Source: Lama glama
Lineage: Eukaryota
Length of the DNA: 64,000 nt
Direction of reading: 5' to 3'
Assembly (NCBI GenBank): GCA_028534125.1
Contig: CM052839.1
Coordinates: forward strand, 43,896,001-43,960,000
Under the pieces are notes generated by a model. It saw only the letters and a list, made by a program, of their open reading frames with translations, was not told the DNA's origin and did no database searches. The position numbers and the translations under genes are program-made. The first letter of the stretch is position 1; the number at the start of each line of letters is the position of its first letter. Of the stretch, positions 47,001 to 59,783 are shown in pieces.

Positions 47001-50000
47001 CAAGCCAGGCTCGGTCGCCAGGGATTCCTCCCCCTGGAACGTTCTACCACAGAAGGCCGGGTTCTTGCCCTCTTTTAGCCCCGTGGCTCAGAGAATGATA
47101 CCCCGCAAGCATCACTGCTGCTGGAAAGCAGGGGCAGGCCACCAGGTGAGAGGCGAGCCAGGCTCCGGAAGCGCCCGCTGGGAGGTGGGGAAAGCTGCCG
47201 CGAAGCGCCAGGTGGTAGCTAACCACCACGCTATGCCGCCTCGTGGCTCAAAAGCAGCTGCAGACTTTGCATTAGGACCGGGCGTGGCTCGTCCCACGAC
47301 AGGCAATCGGAGGCCAGGGGTGAGTAGTCTGCCAAGCCCTGAAAGGCCAGCAAAGTTCCAGGAGGCCGACTGCATCACGCTCCCCCCGTTGCAGGGCACG
47401 GCCTCGGGGCAGCACTAGTCAGAAAGGCACCCCCGAGGTTCCCCTCGGAGACATCGGATACGCCCAGCTCAGGGAGCCTCTGAATGTCATACACCCCAAA
47501 GCCTGCACAACCCCGTGACTGCACCGAAAACCACTGAATGGTCCAGTGTAAACAAGTGGACAGGATGTGAATTATCCCTCAGTAAAGCTGATACAAAGCA
47601 AAACTCTTCGAGGCAGAAGAAGGGTAAGTCTTTCCCAGAAGCAATCAATCCTTTCCTAATCAAAGTTAGGCAGCCCTGGACGTGATCCCCTCCCTCCAGG
47701 CTCAGGGCTCACACCCTCTCACCTGCAACCTTCTCTCTGCCCCCCCCCGCTCCTGAAGACACTCACCCCCCATCTCCCCGTCGCCTTTTAACTTTAAAAT
47801 AATTATACAACTAATACACGTTGATCACAGAGAATTTAGAAAAATGCAGATAAGCAGAAAGAAGCACAAATCACCCTGGCTCTCACCCACTGCCTTGAAT
47901 TTCGACAGACATCCTTCCAGACTCTTCTTTCCATGTTATGCATATGCACAGTTAAGGGAAAAAGGGACAGAGTTACATACAGAAGCAGTCAAACTACATA
48001 AAGCCGGCAAATTTTCACAGTGGTTACCTCTCCAAGGAAAAGGAGGGGGCTGGGGCCAGGAGGGTGAACAGGTCCTGGGCGGCAGTGACTTCTTAACCTG
48101 GGTATGTGTTCGATGTCTTTTTACAGCTACGCATTGTGCATTTAAAAAAGTATACTGGACAGCGTTTAAAACGTTGAAGCATACAGACTAACTGGGCTCT
48201 TAAATTTAATGCACTCTGAACATTTTTCTAGGTCATTAAACACGAATCCATAATACTGTTTAAAATGACTGCTTAATATTCTGCTGTCAGGATAGAGCTT
48301 AATTTATTTAGTTCCTCTCCAGCTGATGGGCAAACCTCACGAACAAGATCAGCTCTCAGGAGTTTCCCTCCGTGGTCCTCCATCCTTTACGCTCTGCAGA
48401 GACCACCCCCTCCGAGCGAAGGGGGATCAGAATCCCCACATTCAGCCTCCTCTCTGTGAAGCCTCCTCTCATTTTAAAACTCTTCTTACTCTGTTTGCTA
48501 GTTGTGGGCCCCTGAGCAAGTGACTCCATCAGCCCGTGCCTCAGTTTGACCCTCTGAGAAAGGGGAGCGTTGTGAATGACAACTGTGAATTACAGGTGGT
48601 AACACCAGGAACGTGTGGAACACAGTTCCAAGCACTGAACGCTTCATAGCGACAGCTGCTGTTATGTCATTTGTCACGGTCAATTTCCCTTCTGAGAACT
48701 CTCAGGGTTTCCCTCTGAGCTCCCTGGAGGCACCGGAGCCCAGCATGTGTCTCTCCGAGCTCCCCTACCTGTGTGATAACCACGGTCAGCCCTCAGGGCT
48801 GGGCGAGGACCACACGTCCAGCACAGCCTCCAGGACAGAAAGAGCGGATGCACCTCCTCCCCCCTGCCACCTCCGGCCCCGAATGCCTCCCGTGGGCACC
48901 GTCCGAGGCCTTCCCCCTCTGTCCTTTCTTGTCATCCTCGCCCATAACCCCTACCTCATCTCCTCTTTGGAGATGGAGAAACTGAGGCAGAGGGCACTTG
49001 GCCCCAGATCTCTCCCTCGGACTGAGTCGTGAGGTTGCATAGGCCCCTCACACATCCCCACTGTCTGCCGTAGCTACAGTTGGAGTCCCCAACGTCACTG
49101 CATCCCAGTAGCTCTACAGCGATCACATGAGGGGATACCTGGCCGCTGGCACCAAGGTCAAATCCCAGGGGCAGTCCCTCCAGTCACCCCCTCCCTCCTG
49201 TCTTTTGTCTCCCGGGTCCTTCCTCAGTGCAGGTGCCTGTTCTGCTCACCTGGATGACTCCGAGCCCCTCAAAACCCCGCTCCTGCTGGCAGCTGCCTTC
49301 CCACTCCGGCCCCCTCCCACATCTAACAGCTCTCGGGAGACAGCAAAGACCTCCCTGGTCCCCACCCCCGGGCTCCCGGCTCTGCTGCTGCGCCCGCGCT
49401 CAAGGTTGCCCTCACTTTTGTTCCAAAGACCCTTCCTGCCGTGTCTCCCACTCCCCACTACAGGGCAAAACCTTTTAGGGGTCACGTATCCCTTTGAGAA
49501 TCTAGGGGAAGTCACAGCCCCACAGCCCCAGTCCCCAGAAAAACACGGCCATGAACACACACAGACACACACACAGCTTTGCCTACAGTTTCAGGGCTCA
49601 AGAGTGCCCCCCATCTCTGGACAGAGGTCCATACATTCCAGGTTAAGACCCTTCTTTACAGAGAGTACACCTCAATTTGATTTTTTTATAGCAAACACTC
49701 ACCTAGTCTGCCTTGCTGGGGTCTCCAGAAGCTTAACCTAAGTTGCCAACTGGACACACAGACCCAGGGAGAGACTCAATTTTGCCAGCTACAAAACGCG
49801 GCTCTCCTGGGTCTGTCACTTCTCCACTGGAGCTACACATCCATGCGGTGATGGGGGTACCAGAGGCCCCAGGGATCCCAGCCAGCCCGGCCTCAGGAGT
49901 CCTGGGGGGCGGGGCCCCGGGAGGGGGAGCCAGCTGCATTCCACCCACCCCGAGACACGGGGGCGTCCCTGAACGTCACTCGGTCTGGAAGACCTCCTCC

Positions 50001-52989
50001 CTTCCCCTCCCTCGGCTGCCTCTCCCCCCAGCATCTTGGGCATCTCCTATACCCCCGCCCCGACTCTGACACCCTGTGGCCCGCACGGCCTCCAGACCCT
50101 GCAGCAATGAAACGGAAGTGCAGCCAAGCACTCTCAAAACCTGCCTGCTCGTGTCCAGCTATGCACAAGCGCAGTGGCCATCCTGGACACTAAGTATCTG
50201 TGACATTCTCTTCTCACTCCTAGACTGTCCCGGGTACCCCCTTTGGAGACGACTGCTCTGTGCCAGCTTTGGTGGGCATCAGAATCCCCTGGAGAGCCTG
50301 AGCAATGTCGGTGCCCACACTCTGGGCCCCCAGGGTCCAATACGGGACGCTGATTCAGACACCTGTCTTCCAGCCACCTCCCTGGCGATGCCCGCTGTCA
50401 CCCACAGGCGCACATCCCTGATGCCTCGCCTCGAGCCCTTGGGCTGGAACGCAGACCCCCTCCCTCTCAACCGTGATAAACCAGAAGTTTGGTCCTACCC
50501 TCCCTTGGGCCCTCCTGCACCCGAGCCTGCTCTGTACCTAGAACTCTCTCTCACCTTTCCCGGCAGCCTGTCCACTGGCACGAGGAAATAACGCCCTTTA
50601 CCCTAACTGGGTACATGTTCCCCCAGCTCCGTCCTCCAATCTAGGGTTCGTTATGCTTCCAACATTGATTTCCCAACTCTGCTTTTCTCTTTCCAGAAAG
50701 ACCGCCCTAGGCAGCAGACCACTTGCCCTTGGCCCTCATTTGTGAGGGCTGCAGGGTGGAGGGCGTCCAGAACAGGAAGAGCTGGGGGCACTTACACCCC
50801 ATCTTCAGTCTGCCTTCTCTTGACCTCCTTCATGCTTCTTTTTCTTGCTGTTTTTTTCCCATCCTCCGACCACCTCAGGTTCCCCAAAGCACATCTCTTA
50901 GCTGTTTTGGAACCCAAGGGGTTCATCTGTTCCCACAGCCCCGTGGGCACTGGATCCACGGCTCTGCGTCAGGACTAAGGTGGCTGTGTGCCCCAACCTG
51001 TGCCCCTGCCCAAATTGTCTACACCCGCACCAGTGGGATGCACCTGGCAACCCAGCTGAGGAGGGGGAGAAGAGAGGCAGGACCCAAACCAGCATCCAGG
51101 TTTGCAGAAGATGGAGCAGGTCCCAGGCTGCAGGCTGGCACCACGGCCTCAGGTCACAGACAAGGAGGAACCAGCAGTGTCTCCCAGCCACAGTCATGCC
51201 CACAGCACAGCCTGCGGGCCCTCACACATCTCTTCCCTCTGCCTGTCTCCCAACCCTGGAGAATTCATCTTCTGGGGACATAGTCCAAAACCAAGCCCAG
51301 GAACCTGAGTGCCTCCCACGGCACCCCCCCTCCTCCCACCAGAACCCAGAATTTCTCTTCAGATCCACAAATGCCTTTCACCTTCCGACACAGTTTCTTT
51401 GTTAGTCATTTATCAGAAGCGTGTGGTGTCTGACTTACTTTATACCACGACCTGGCGGTCAGGATGGGGGTCTGCAGGGCTTCTGCCCACCTGATCCACA
51501 GTCTTACACCTGCTTCCATGCTACCCAGCACCAGTGTCCGGCACTCCTTCCTGAGGGTAGAAAACGCCTTCCTTACAGCCCCTGGGGCGGAGCCGGCCAC
51601 TCCGTAACAGCTTGTGGAAACCGGGAGACTGACAACGATGACCAGGATGTACAAAACACACACCGATTACACACTCTGCAAAACGAGTTACCAACAGTGT
51701 CTTTCAAGGGCACCGCCCCTGCCTCCTGCCCCCGTGCACTCAAGGCCTCACTCAACTCACAGGAATCTCCCTCCTTGCTTCTCCCCAGCATGTGTTTGCT
51801 GAGGTCGCTGCCATTTCTGAGTACCTGTGGCGTATTTTCCTGGGTGGCCACTATCTGGCCCCCATCAGCGTGTCCCCAAGGCCAGCCCATGCACGCTGGC
51901 AACCAGCATGTGGCCTTGGCTGTGGGCCCTGCCCCAAATGGTGCTGGAGACCATCAGAGGGTCTGTGGAAAGCAGCGTCTGGAGATGGGACCACCCCCAG
52001 AAAGATGGCATCGCCGGTGTGCTTCTGGGACACAGCGGCTCTGGGCCCCGCCGCCTAGGACGCAGGGGAGATTTTATTCTCTGGGGCCAGAGAGCTCCTG
52101 GATTTACGACTCCAGAAACTGGCTGGAGCAGCCTGGGTCTGCCAAGCCGCTCAGTCGGCTAAGTTACTCCAGGCTCCCGCACCATGGCACTGCCTGAAGT
52201 ACCAGCCCAGAGCTGGTCTCCAGCCAGACGACTGGAGCTGTGCAGCCCTGCGGGAGATGGCGAGGGGCGCCATCAGACGAGAGGGAAATGGGCCAGCCGC
52301 ACATCCGAGCCGCGCTGAGACGTGAAGTGCTTCCCTCTTGTCCTCATTTTCCTGGAAAAGGCCAGGGAGCAGGGTCTTCCAGGAGGAGACCCAGTCACCT
52401 CCTCCATCCCTCCATTCTAAATCTCGTAACTTTGTAATAAACCCTTTTTGTCAACCACAGTTCCAGTCCTACTGGCTGCAAGAGCGAAGGAGATGCCTCC
52501 CAGGAATCCACCCGCAGGCAGGCAGAACTGCGCCTGTCTCCTAAGCCAGCTGCCTCCTACAGACAGCGAGTCCTTCAACCAGCCTCATCCAGCCGCCAGC
52601 GAAAGGAGCCCGCACGCTGCATTCAAGGTCAGTCCTTAGGGACCCCAACACGCGCCAGGCCACCACCCTCTCCAGACCTCTGGGCCACTGCTCTGGCGGC
52701 ACAGAGTCACCTGTGGGGCTTCAAAACTACAAAAGCTGAGGTGTGAGTCAGACTTTCTATATCTGCAAAGGGACCCAGACTCCAGGCAATTCTGCTCTCA
52801 GCCAGAGCAGGGAATCACTACTGAGGAAGTCAGGAACCTGCAACACCCAAAGGGGAAGCGGACGAGGAAAGGCCGCGGCCTTCGCTGTGGGGTTTACCCA
52901 CGGCCACGCGGGGCCTGCACCCTGGGACGTCTCAGCAAGGTATCCCCGGTCGGCTGAGCACAAAGGGGCTGCCTGTGGAACAAGACATG

Positions 52990-53398
52990 ACAGCCTGGCT
53001 TGCAGAGCATCCCCCCCAAAATTCATGTCCACCCAGAAGCTGGGAATGTGGCCTTATTTGGAAACAGGGTCTTTGCAGATACGATTAAGTTAAGATGAGG
53101 TCATCATAGACTGGGTGGACCCTAAATCCAAGAACTGGTGTCCTTATAAGAGGAGAGAGAGGTCACAGAAAAGGTGGCGTGTGAAGACAGAGATTGGAGC
53201 CATGTGTCTATAAGCTGTGGGAAGAGACCTGAAGAGGCTCCTGGAGCAGTTCTTTCCTAGAGCCTCCGGAAGGAATCTGCCCCGCCAGAACCTTCATTTT
53301 GGACTTTAGGCCCCTAAACTGAGAGAGAACCAATTCCTGCTGTTCTAAGCCCCCCAACGCGTGGTCCCTTGTTACAGCAGCCACGGGAATCTAGTGCA
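52990..53398 (+). mobile_element. MaLR solo LTR (MLT1C-like)
   Basis: ccccccaaaattcatgtcc...gaatgtggccttatttggaaacagggtctttgcagat...aagatgaggtcat...ttggactttaggcccctaaactgagagagaa...ttgttacagcagcc. Confidence 0.82.
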
Positions 53399-55270
53399 CT
53401 GGACTCTGCAAGGGGGGACCCCTGGACTGGGCTGGGCTGGGGTTAAAAGTTCTGGCTCCACATGATCTTGGTGGTTTGGGCACAAGTGCCAGGGAGCTGG
53501 GGAGAGAGGATAATGCACGAAGCAAGGAGGAGCCTTGAGGCCTGCGGACACTCCCGGAACCTGACCTTTGCTGCCCTTGATCCAAACCCAAAGCAAAAAC
53601 AGCCCCAGTGCTGCCCCGCGGATGCCAGGCAAGGATGGGTGTGGCTGGCTGGGCGTTCTCTGTGCAGTCAAGGGCTGTCGGGGGTCCCAAGGCCCAGCCC
53701 CTTTCTGCTGTGAGCCAAGCCCGGGAGCCTTCTAAGCCACGGATTCCTTCTGGGCCTGATTCTGCCCTACAAGCACAGTCTCTCAGCGTGGGACCCAGAC
53801 AAGCCTGGACTTCCAGGAGACACCTGTGGGCGGGCCCATTCTGGCTCCCCCACGGGAAGCAACCTCTCCTTCCCCTTTTAAATCCTGCTGAGCGCCGAAG
53901 CCAAATGGGAGAACAGAACTTAGTCCCCCTCCACCCCACCCCTGATTCGGGGTTTTGTGGCAACCTCCCTGCGAGCACACACCACGCCCCGAGCACAGGT
54001 GGCCTGAGCTCCGGGGTGCACACAGGTAGGAGCACCTGAAGGCCTCCCGCCAGGCTGGGTTGTGGCCAGGAGCCAAGTGTAGGAGATCAGAGGGGCGTGG
54101 CTGCCACGGAGGAAACCCAGAGACCCAGGCTTTGAGTTTACACAGGAGAGGGCAGCTGGGACTCAGCATACCTGGCCTGAGACAGGGTGATAGGTTGGCT
54201 GTGACTTACAGGCAGAAAAGAAAACCTGCTGGGAAGTCAGAGGAAGCTGCAGAGGCCCACCTGCTGTGCATCTGTCCTAGTGGTTTAACTGAACCCACCC
54301 CCAGGAAAACCTGGCAGTCAGTCATAGTCACTGTCACTGCGGCAGTAGAAGCCTGCAACTGTCACACCTGGATGGAAACCTCCAGGGCCCAGCTGGTTCC
54401 TCCCATTTCTGCTGCCTTCTCCCCACTTCTGTCCCCTGCCCCTCTATGGATCCGGACAAATAACCATCTCCTCCTTCCCTCGGGGGTTCTGAGGGTTTAA
54501 TATATATTTTGGGGGGAACTCTACGCAGTCTTACAACCCTACCTGCAACCTCCAGTCACCAAAATCCCCTGTTTGTGTGGATGCCCTGAAAAAGCACTCG
54601 CCACTCAAGGACCCCTCTGCCAGTCCCTGTGTGCCATGCTTCCTGGGCAGGGCATGGAGCAAGGAGCTTGCCCTGGGGCTCTGCTGCCCCTCTGGGCCTA
54701 GGGGGAACCTGCCCAGGGGAAGGAAGCTTCCATCCTGCCCCTGCGGAATCTGGTGAACCCTACACGGGGCTGAAGGAGAGGCCCAGGTAGAGCAGCCCCT
54801 CCCTACCCAGTTCCAAGCCCAGAACAGCCCAACTGCCGTCTCACCTGTGAAAGTTTCTTCCTGGGGTCCTCAATCCTTCCACCCACCAAGGCCGAGGCTT
54901 CCCCACCCCCACGCTGTGTCCCCCACTCTCCCTGCCCCCGGCGCCGGCATCCCAGGGCCCTCTGCCTGCCAAAACCCAATCCGTTCCCTGGCTCCCTTTA
55001 CTGGGGCTGGAGCTGCAGCGGAATTTCGGTGGAATTTTGAGGTTGAGAAGCATCTCGGCAGCGAGGAAAGAAAGGGAGAGAAGGAAGAGGGAAAAGAAAG
55101 TACGATTTTGGCGTCAACTTGCAGGATTCTAGAAGGCACCGACGCTTGGGAGGCGGGCGCTGGGTCCCTCTGCAAGATGCGGGCGGGCGGGGCACCGGCG
55201 AAACCTTGGGGGTCCCGCGCGCCCCGCGGGGGAGGTGAGCAGCGGGCCGGGGCGGGGTCGCCGTCCTTAC

Positions 55271-55400
55271 CTACGTCTGCATTGCAAAATGCCTGTTGCG
55301 GGTGCACCGGGGAGCAGCTGCAGGCGTCGGCCGGGCGGAGCAGCGTCCCCAGCAGCAGGAGGCCGAGCGCGAGCCGCAGGCTACGGGCCGCGGCGCCCAT
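55271..55400 (-). CDS. TIMP2: TIMP2 exon 1 coding part (130 nt): signal peptide and mature N-terminus
   Basis: gccATGG; [26 protein letters not shown]|[17 protein letters not shown]; donor G|gtaagg. The five exons total 663 nt = 220 aa, with 12 Cys in the mature protein. Confidence 0.98.
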
Positions 55401-55757
55401 GGCGGGCGGGGGGCGGGGGGGCGCGGGCTCGGGCTCGCCGCCGCCGCCTGGGCTCGGGGCGCTCCCCTCTCGCCGGCGGGGGCCGCGCGGGTCTCGGCGA
55501 CGCTTCGCGGGCGCGCCCTCTGCTCCGGCCCGCACTCGCCACACAAACTTTCTTCGCTCTGGGGCGCGGGGCGCGGGGCGCGGGGCGCGGCTGGCGGCGC
55601 GGAGACGACAGCGGGCGGGGGGCGGGGGGCGGCGGGCGAGCGAGCGAGCGATCGCGCCGCGGCCCGGGTGCCGACTGCTCCACTGCCTTCTATGGATGCG
55701 TGCGCCGCGGGCGCGGGCCGAGCCGGCCTTTTATTGCGCTCGGAGGCTGTTCGGCTC

Positions 55758-55770
55758 CGCCCCCTGGTGG
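55758..55770 (-). promoter_or_regulatory. CTCF core motif in the TIMP2 proximal promoter
   Basis: Minus strand reads CCACCAGGGGGCG, an exact core match, overlapping the GC box. Confidence 0.6.
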
Positions 55771-58700
55771 CGGGCGCCAATGCCGGCTCCGGGAGCTCCC
55801 AGCGCCCGCTCCCCGCGCGCCTCCCGCGCCTGCCGGCCCTCCCCCAAGCCCGGCTTTTGTTGTGCCCAGCCTGGCACGGCCAGGGTCCTCCGCTGCGCAC
55901 CTGGCTTACCACCGCCGGGGGGCCTCATCCCGCAGCCTCACAGGTCCCCAGATGTTGGGCGGTGGGTCGAGGGGTAGGCGCTACGGCGCAGACAGCGCCC
56001 AGTGGACCCTGACTCAGCGCCTGGGTCTCGAAGCCCACCCCTCCAGGGCACCAGGCGGCCCACCCACCACCCCTTCCCCTCCAGCCTGGCCCGGGAGGTG
56101 TACACTGCCAGATTGCCTTCCACTCCTGGGGTCCCTTAGATTCTATCCGGCGCTTGAGCCAAAGGATGTGCGCTTTGGAGACGGGGTCGTTCCCTGCCGC
56201 TTCTCTCCCTGCACTCTCTGGCTGGGTGGCCTCGGGAAACGTACCGAGGATTCCTTTTTCAAAGGGAGGCCTTAGAATTTTAAGTGTGCTTGACCAGTTG
56301 AGTTGGAGGGGGGAGGGGACAGTGGTTACTATGAACAAAACAGGATTTTATATAAACTGGCCATATTTTTGACCAGCCAGCAAGAGCCCGGGGGTGGGCC
56401 CAGGAGCCCAGGAGGCGCTAGGATTGGATGAAGGCAGTTTCTGGGCTCTGCTCACAGGTCCCTCCCTTAGGCCACAAATGTGGGAGCTGAAGGACTTTTC
56501 CCAAAACACTTATGTGTTCCAAGGAAGGCGGAGAGTCTTAGAGGTGTGGATTGCCGGGGCAGTGTGACTGCTGGGTCCCTGTCTGCCTGTCTCGGAGCCC
56601 CTTCTGTGGTGGGCACTGTATCACATGGGGCCTCATTCTTGCCCACAGGATGTTTGTAATCTAGCTGGGGAGTTGTAAACCGAGAAACAAAATGACATAA
56701 TTAAAGAATAATTGCCTGCTAAACTGTGTGGTGCTGACTTGAGATATGAAACTGGAAAATACTGAAGGAATGGAAAAACGGCTTCTTTCTGTTTATCTGC
56801 ACTTTGAAACAGACAACTTGGAGAAAAGTTAAATAGACAGCAGTTATTTTTAGCACCTTGACAAACCCAGAGTCACTTTTTCAGCCTTTGTTGCTGTAAA
56901 ATAGAGTCATGTCCTCCGTGAAATGACGTTTGATGCTAAGTACAGTCCATTCGGAAGGTTGTTGCACGTTGGAAACCTACAGCCTTTTCCTTCCTTTCGT
57001 TCTTTGTTGTTCCATGTGGAACAAGATGCCGCTGAATCTGACAGAAGCTAAAATCAATGTGTCAGTGTATGAAAGAAATAGATCACCTAGGGGCTCTTGG
57101 CCTTTTAGGCAAGATCGATACATAAATGAGCAATTATGAGAGAGGATAGGAAATATGGCAGAGGCAGGTTGACGGTGGTGCACAAGGGAAGTGGAGTCCA
57201 CACCCGCTACCCAGGGCAGGAAATACGGGGCCTGGGCTGGCCTTCCTTCCTTCCTCCCATCAACTGTGCTTACTGGAGCATCGACAGTGGACGCTGTCCT
57301 AAGAGCAGGGCATTCAGGCCTCTGCAGAGTGGGCAACGGGCCCTGGGAATGGTGGGTGCAAAGCCCCCTGAGGTGGTGAATGAGGAGAGACGAGGGGAGA
57401 CGACTCAGGGGGAAATTCAGAGGGGCTTGGAGGGGACCATAACTTACTCTGAGGTCAGAGCTTTCGGAGGGTTTGAAGCAGAGGGGCAAAGCAGGCCCCT
57501 CTGGAAGGATGGGGCTCTGTGCCAGGCCGGGCAGGATGGGGGCGGAGGGGCAGGGGGCTCGCGTGTGACTAAGAGACGCCGCCGCCCAGCTACCTCGCTG
57601 GCCTCGCCAAACGTTTTGCCTCTCCATCCACACGTTGGTAATAAAATTCCCTTCCTAGTGGGTTGCTGGGCCTGGCTGCCCAAAGGCTCTAAAATCTGGT
57701 GCATGTGGTGGGTGCTCTCAGACGCTGAATGTTAAATGACTCTCATGATGGCACAGCAGGTAAAGGGACAGAGCGGCCCCCTGAAAGCTCACCCCACCCT
57801 GGCCGGCCAGCCATCTGGTGCCTGTGATGGCCTTGGCTCCTGGGCGCCCAGCCTCATTCCCCCGGCGTCTCCATTCCTCCCAGTCACCCTCTGCCTGTGC
57901 TCCTACTTAGCAGTTTCCCACCTCAAAAGCAAAGGCACTGGGGCCTCAGGTAAGGAATCTTCTCAAGAGAGGAAACAGATTAGGCTCTGGCTCCAGTGTC
58001 AACAGATGCGCTTTCACACGCCCCTGCTCCACCACCAAGAGCATCAATAATGCAGGACAGTTCAGGTTGCAGCTCTGACCTCCGCCCCGAGGAGGAGGTC
58101 GGGGTCAGGATGCCCCACAGCCAGGCAAGAGAGGAAAGGAAGAAGGAGGACCCCGCCCCCGCAGGCTTCTCTCCTCACTGGCCTCCCCTACCTTGAAATT
58201 AGGGGTGGGCCAACAGAGGCCCCTACAGGAGACCCTGGCCCGGCCCCCACGTGCATTCTGACCACAGCCTGCCGGACCGCGGTTTGTATCTGTGGCTCCC
58301 GGCAGGACTCAGGGTCGGCAGGAGGGGGTAGCATCTGCCAGGCTAGCTGGGGAGGGGGCCTCCAGGACCCTCAGAGCACACTTCCGGGGCCACTACTTCC
58401 CACCAGGACCAGTCACCTTGCCCCTGCCTCCTTCCCAGAGAGACTTTTTCAAGGCCAAGCCCAGCAGAGCTGTCAGGCGGTCCCACCCATGCGGGAGCAC
58501 ACGCAGCAAATACGTCCCGGGCTGGGCTTGGCCGAGTAAACATGGTCCAAGGCCAGGAGGACATGCCCTGCCGCCTCCTTCTCCCTCCTCTCAGGTCAAC
58601 AGAATCAGAGTGACCTTGCTGGCCTCGGGCAGGAGGCCCCGCTGAACCCACGTGTGTCCACCCAGCACCGGGGCACACGTTGGAAGTGCCCCTTCTCACT

Positions 58701-59249
58701 AGATGCACTCTCCCATTTTGGAGAAGAGCCCTCTCCTCCTGATCACGGAGTATTCTTTCCTTGGAGGCAGCCGGAGTGGGGCGGAAGCCGCTACCCTGCT
58801 TTCCCCAGCTTCCAAAGAACCAGATGCTCCACGATATGTCCAGGCATTAAAATTGGCCCCACAGGCTCAGGAATCTGGCCCTGAAGGAGGGGGAGTGTCT
58901 TGGGCAGTTCTGGGGCCCTTTGAGGAAGTGGGGGATGTGCCCATGTGCCTGGGGTTTTGATGCTCAGCCCTCAGAGAGAAATGGGCATCAGATTCATGGC
59001 TACAGCGGCGGGCGGTGCCGCCCAGCCCAGACATCCGTCCCCAAGGTTCCGTGGCGGGGGTTCACTGCAGGACATCCCGAAGACGACAAGAGGCGGAGTA
59101 AGAACGAGTGGGCCATGTTTGGCATGAAGATGGGCCGCAGGTCACTGCAGTCAGTGTGAGCATCTTCTTGCTCAGCCATGGACACACTAAAGGATGTTTA
59201 GCTTTTCGTTTCATTTCACTTATTTCATTATTAATCCTCTTCAGCCGGG

Positions 59250-59459
59250 GCTGGCTTCTTAGCCTCAACACTGCTGACCTCGGGGCCAGATCTTTCTCTG
59301 GTAGGGCCATCCTGTGCATGGTGGGGAGGCTGAGCAACATTCCTGGCCTCCACCCTCGAGATGCCAATAGCACCCCCCACCTTGTTGTGACAACCACACT
59401 GTCCTCAGACATTGCCTAATGTGCCCTGGGCAGCACAACCTCCCTATTGATAACCCCTG
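59250..59459 (-). mobile_element. MER20 DNA transposon remnant
   Basis: Reverse complement of MER20 (ctcaacactgctgac...ctggcctccaccctcgagatgccaatagcacccc...gtgacaacc...cagacattgcctaatgtgccctggg). Confidence 0.8.
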
Positions 59460-59669
59460 CCTAGGAAAACTGATACAAATCCTTGGTCTTGAGACCCTGT
59501 GCGGAGACCAGGTTCTGTTTCTGCAGAGCAGACGGTGATGTACATAGAGGATGCTGTTCCCGTGTGGTCCCCGGAGAACAGGTTGTGGGATGTCCACGCT
59601 GGTTCTCAGCGGAGAGAGAGGAGGAAAGAAATAGTAAAAAGATGTTTTTAAAAAAAGTTTCCATGAGCA

Positions 59670-59783
59670 GAGGGGAGGGTAGAGCTCAGTGGTAGAGCAT
59701 GTGCTTAGCATGCATGAGGTCCTGAGTTCAATCCCCAGCACTTCCATTAACAAATAAATAAATCTAATTATCTCGCCCCCACG
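59670..59783 (+). mobile_element. tRNA-Ala-derived SINE (camelid vic-1 type) with 16-bp target-site duplication
   Basis: ggggagggtagagctcagtggtagagcatgtgcttagcatgcatgaggtcctgagttcaatccccagcacttcca plus tail; TSD aaagt(t/g)tccatgagca at 59654-59669 and 59784-59799. Confidence 0.9.

Larger units (their letters stand above)
55150..56020 (-). promoter_or_regulatory. TIMP2: TIMP2 CpG-island promoter
   Basis: TATA-like AATAAAA (55729-55735), GC box (55757-55762), inverted CCAAT (55777-55781) and AP-1 TGACTCA (56010-56016), matching the known TIMP2 promoter layout. TSS expected at ~55700. Confidence 0.88.

Noticed and set aside
54847-56275. 376-aa and 346-aa plus-strand ORFs over the TIMP2 promoter
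   Set aside because: CpG-island artefact. Only 55271-55400 on the minus strand is recognisably coding.
38924-59459. Inverted MER20 pair as a dsRNA or composite element
   Set aside because: Old, diverged, independent insertions 20 kb apart, one lying outside the TIMP2 transcript.
59671-59745. tRNA-Ala(AGC)-like sequence (also at 11425-11508 and 18486-18562)
   Set aside because: Acceptor and T stems are mismatched, an A-rich tail follows, and TSDs are present at two copies. These are SINEs, not tRNA genes.
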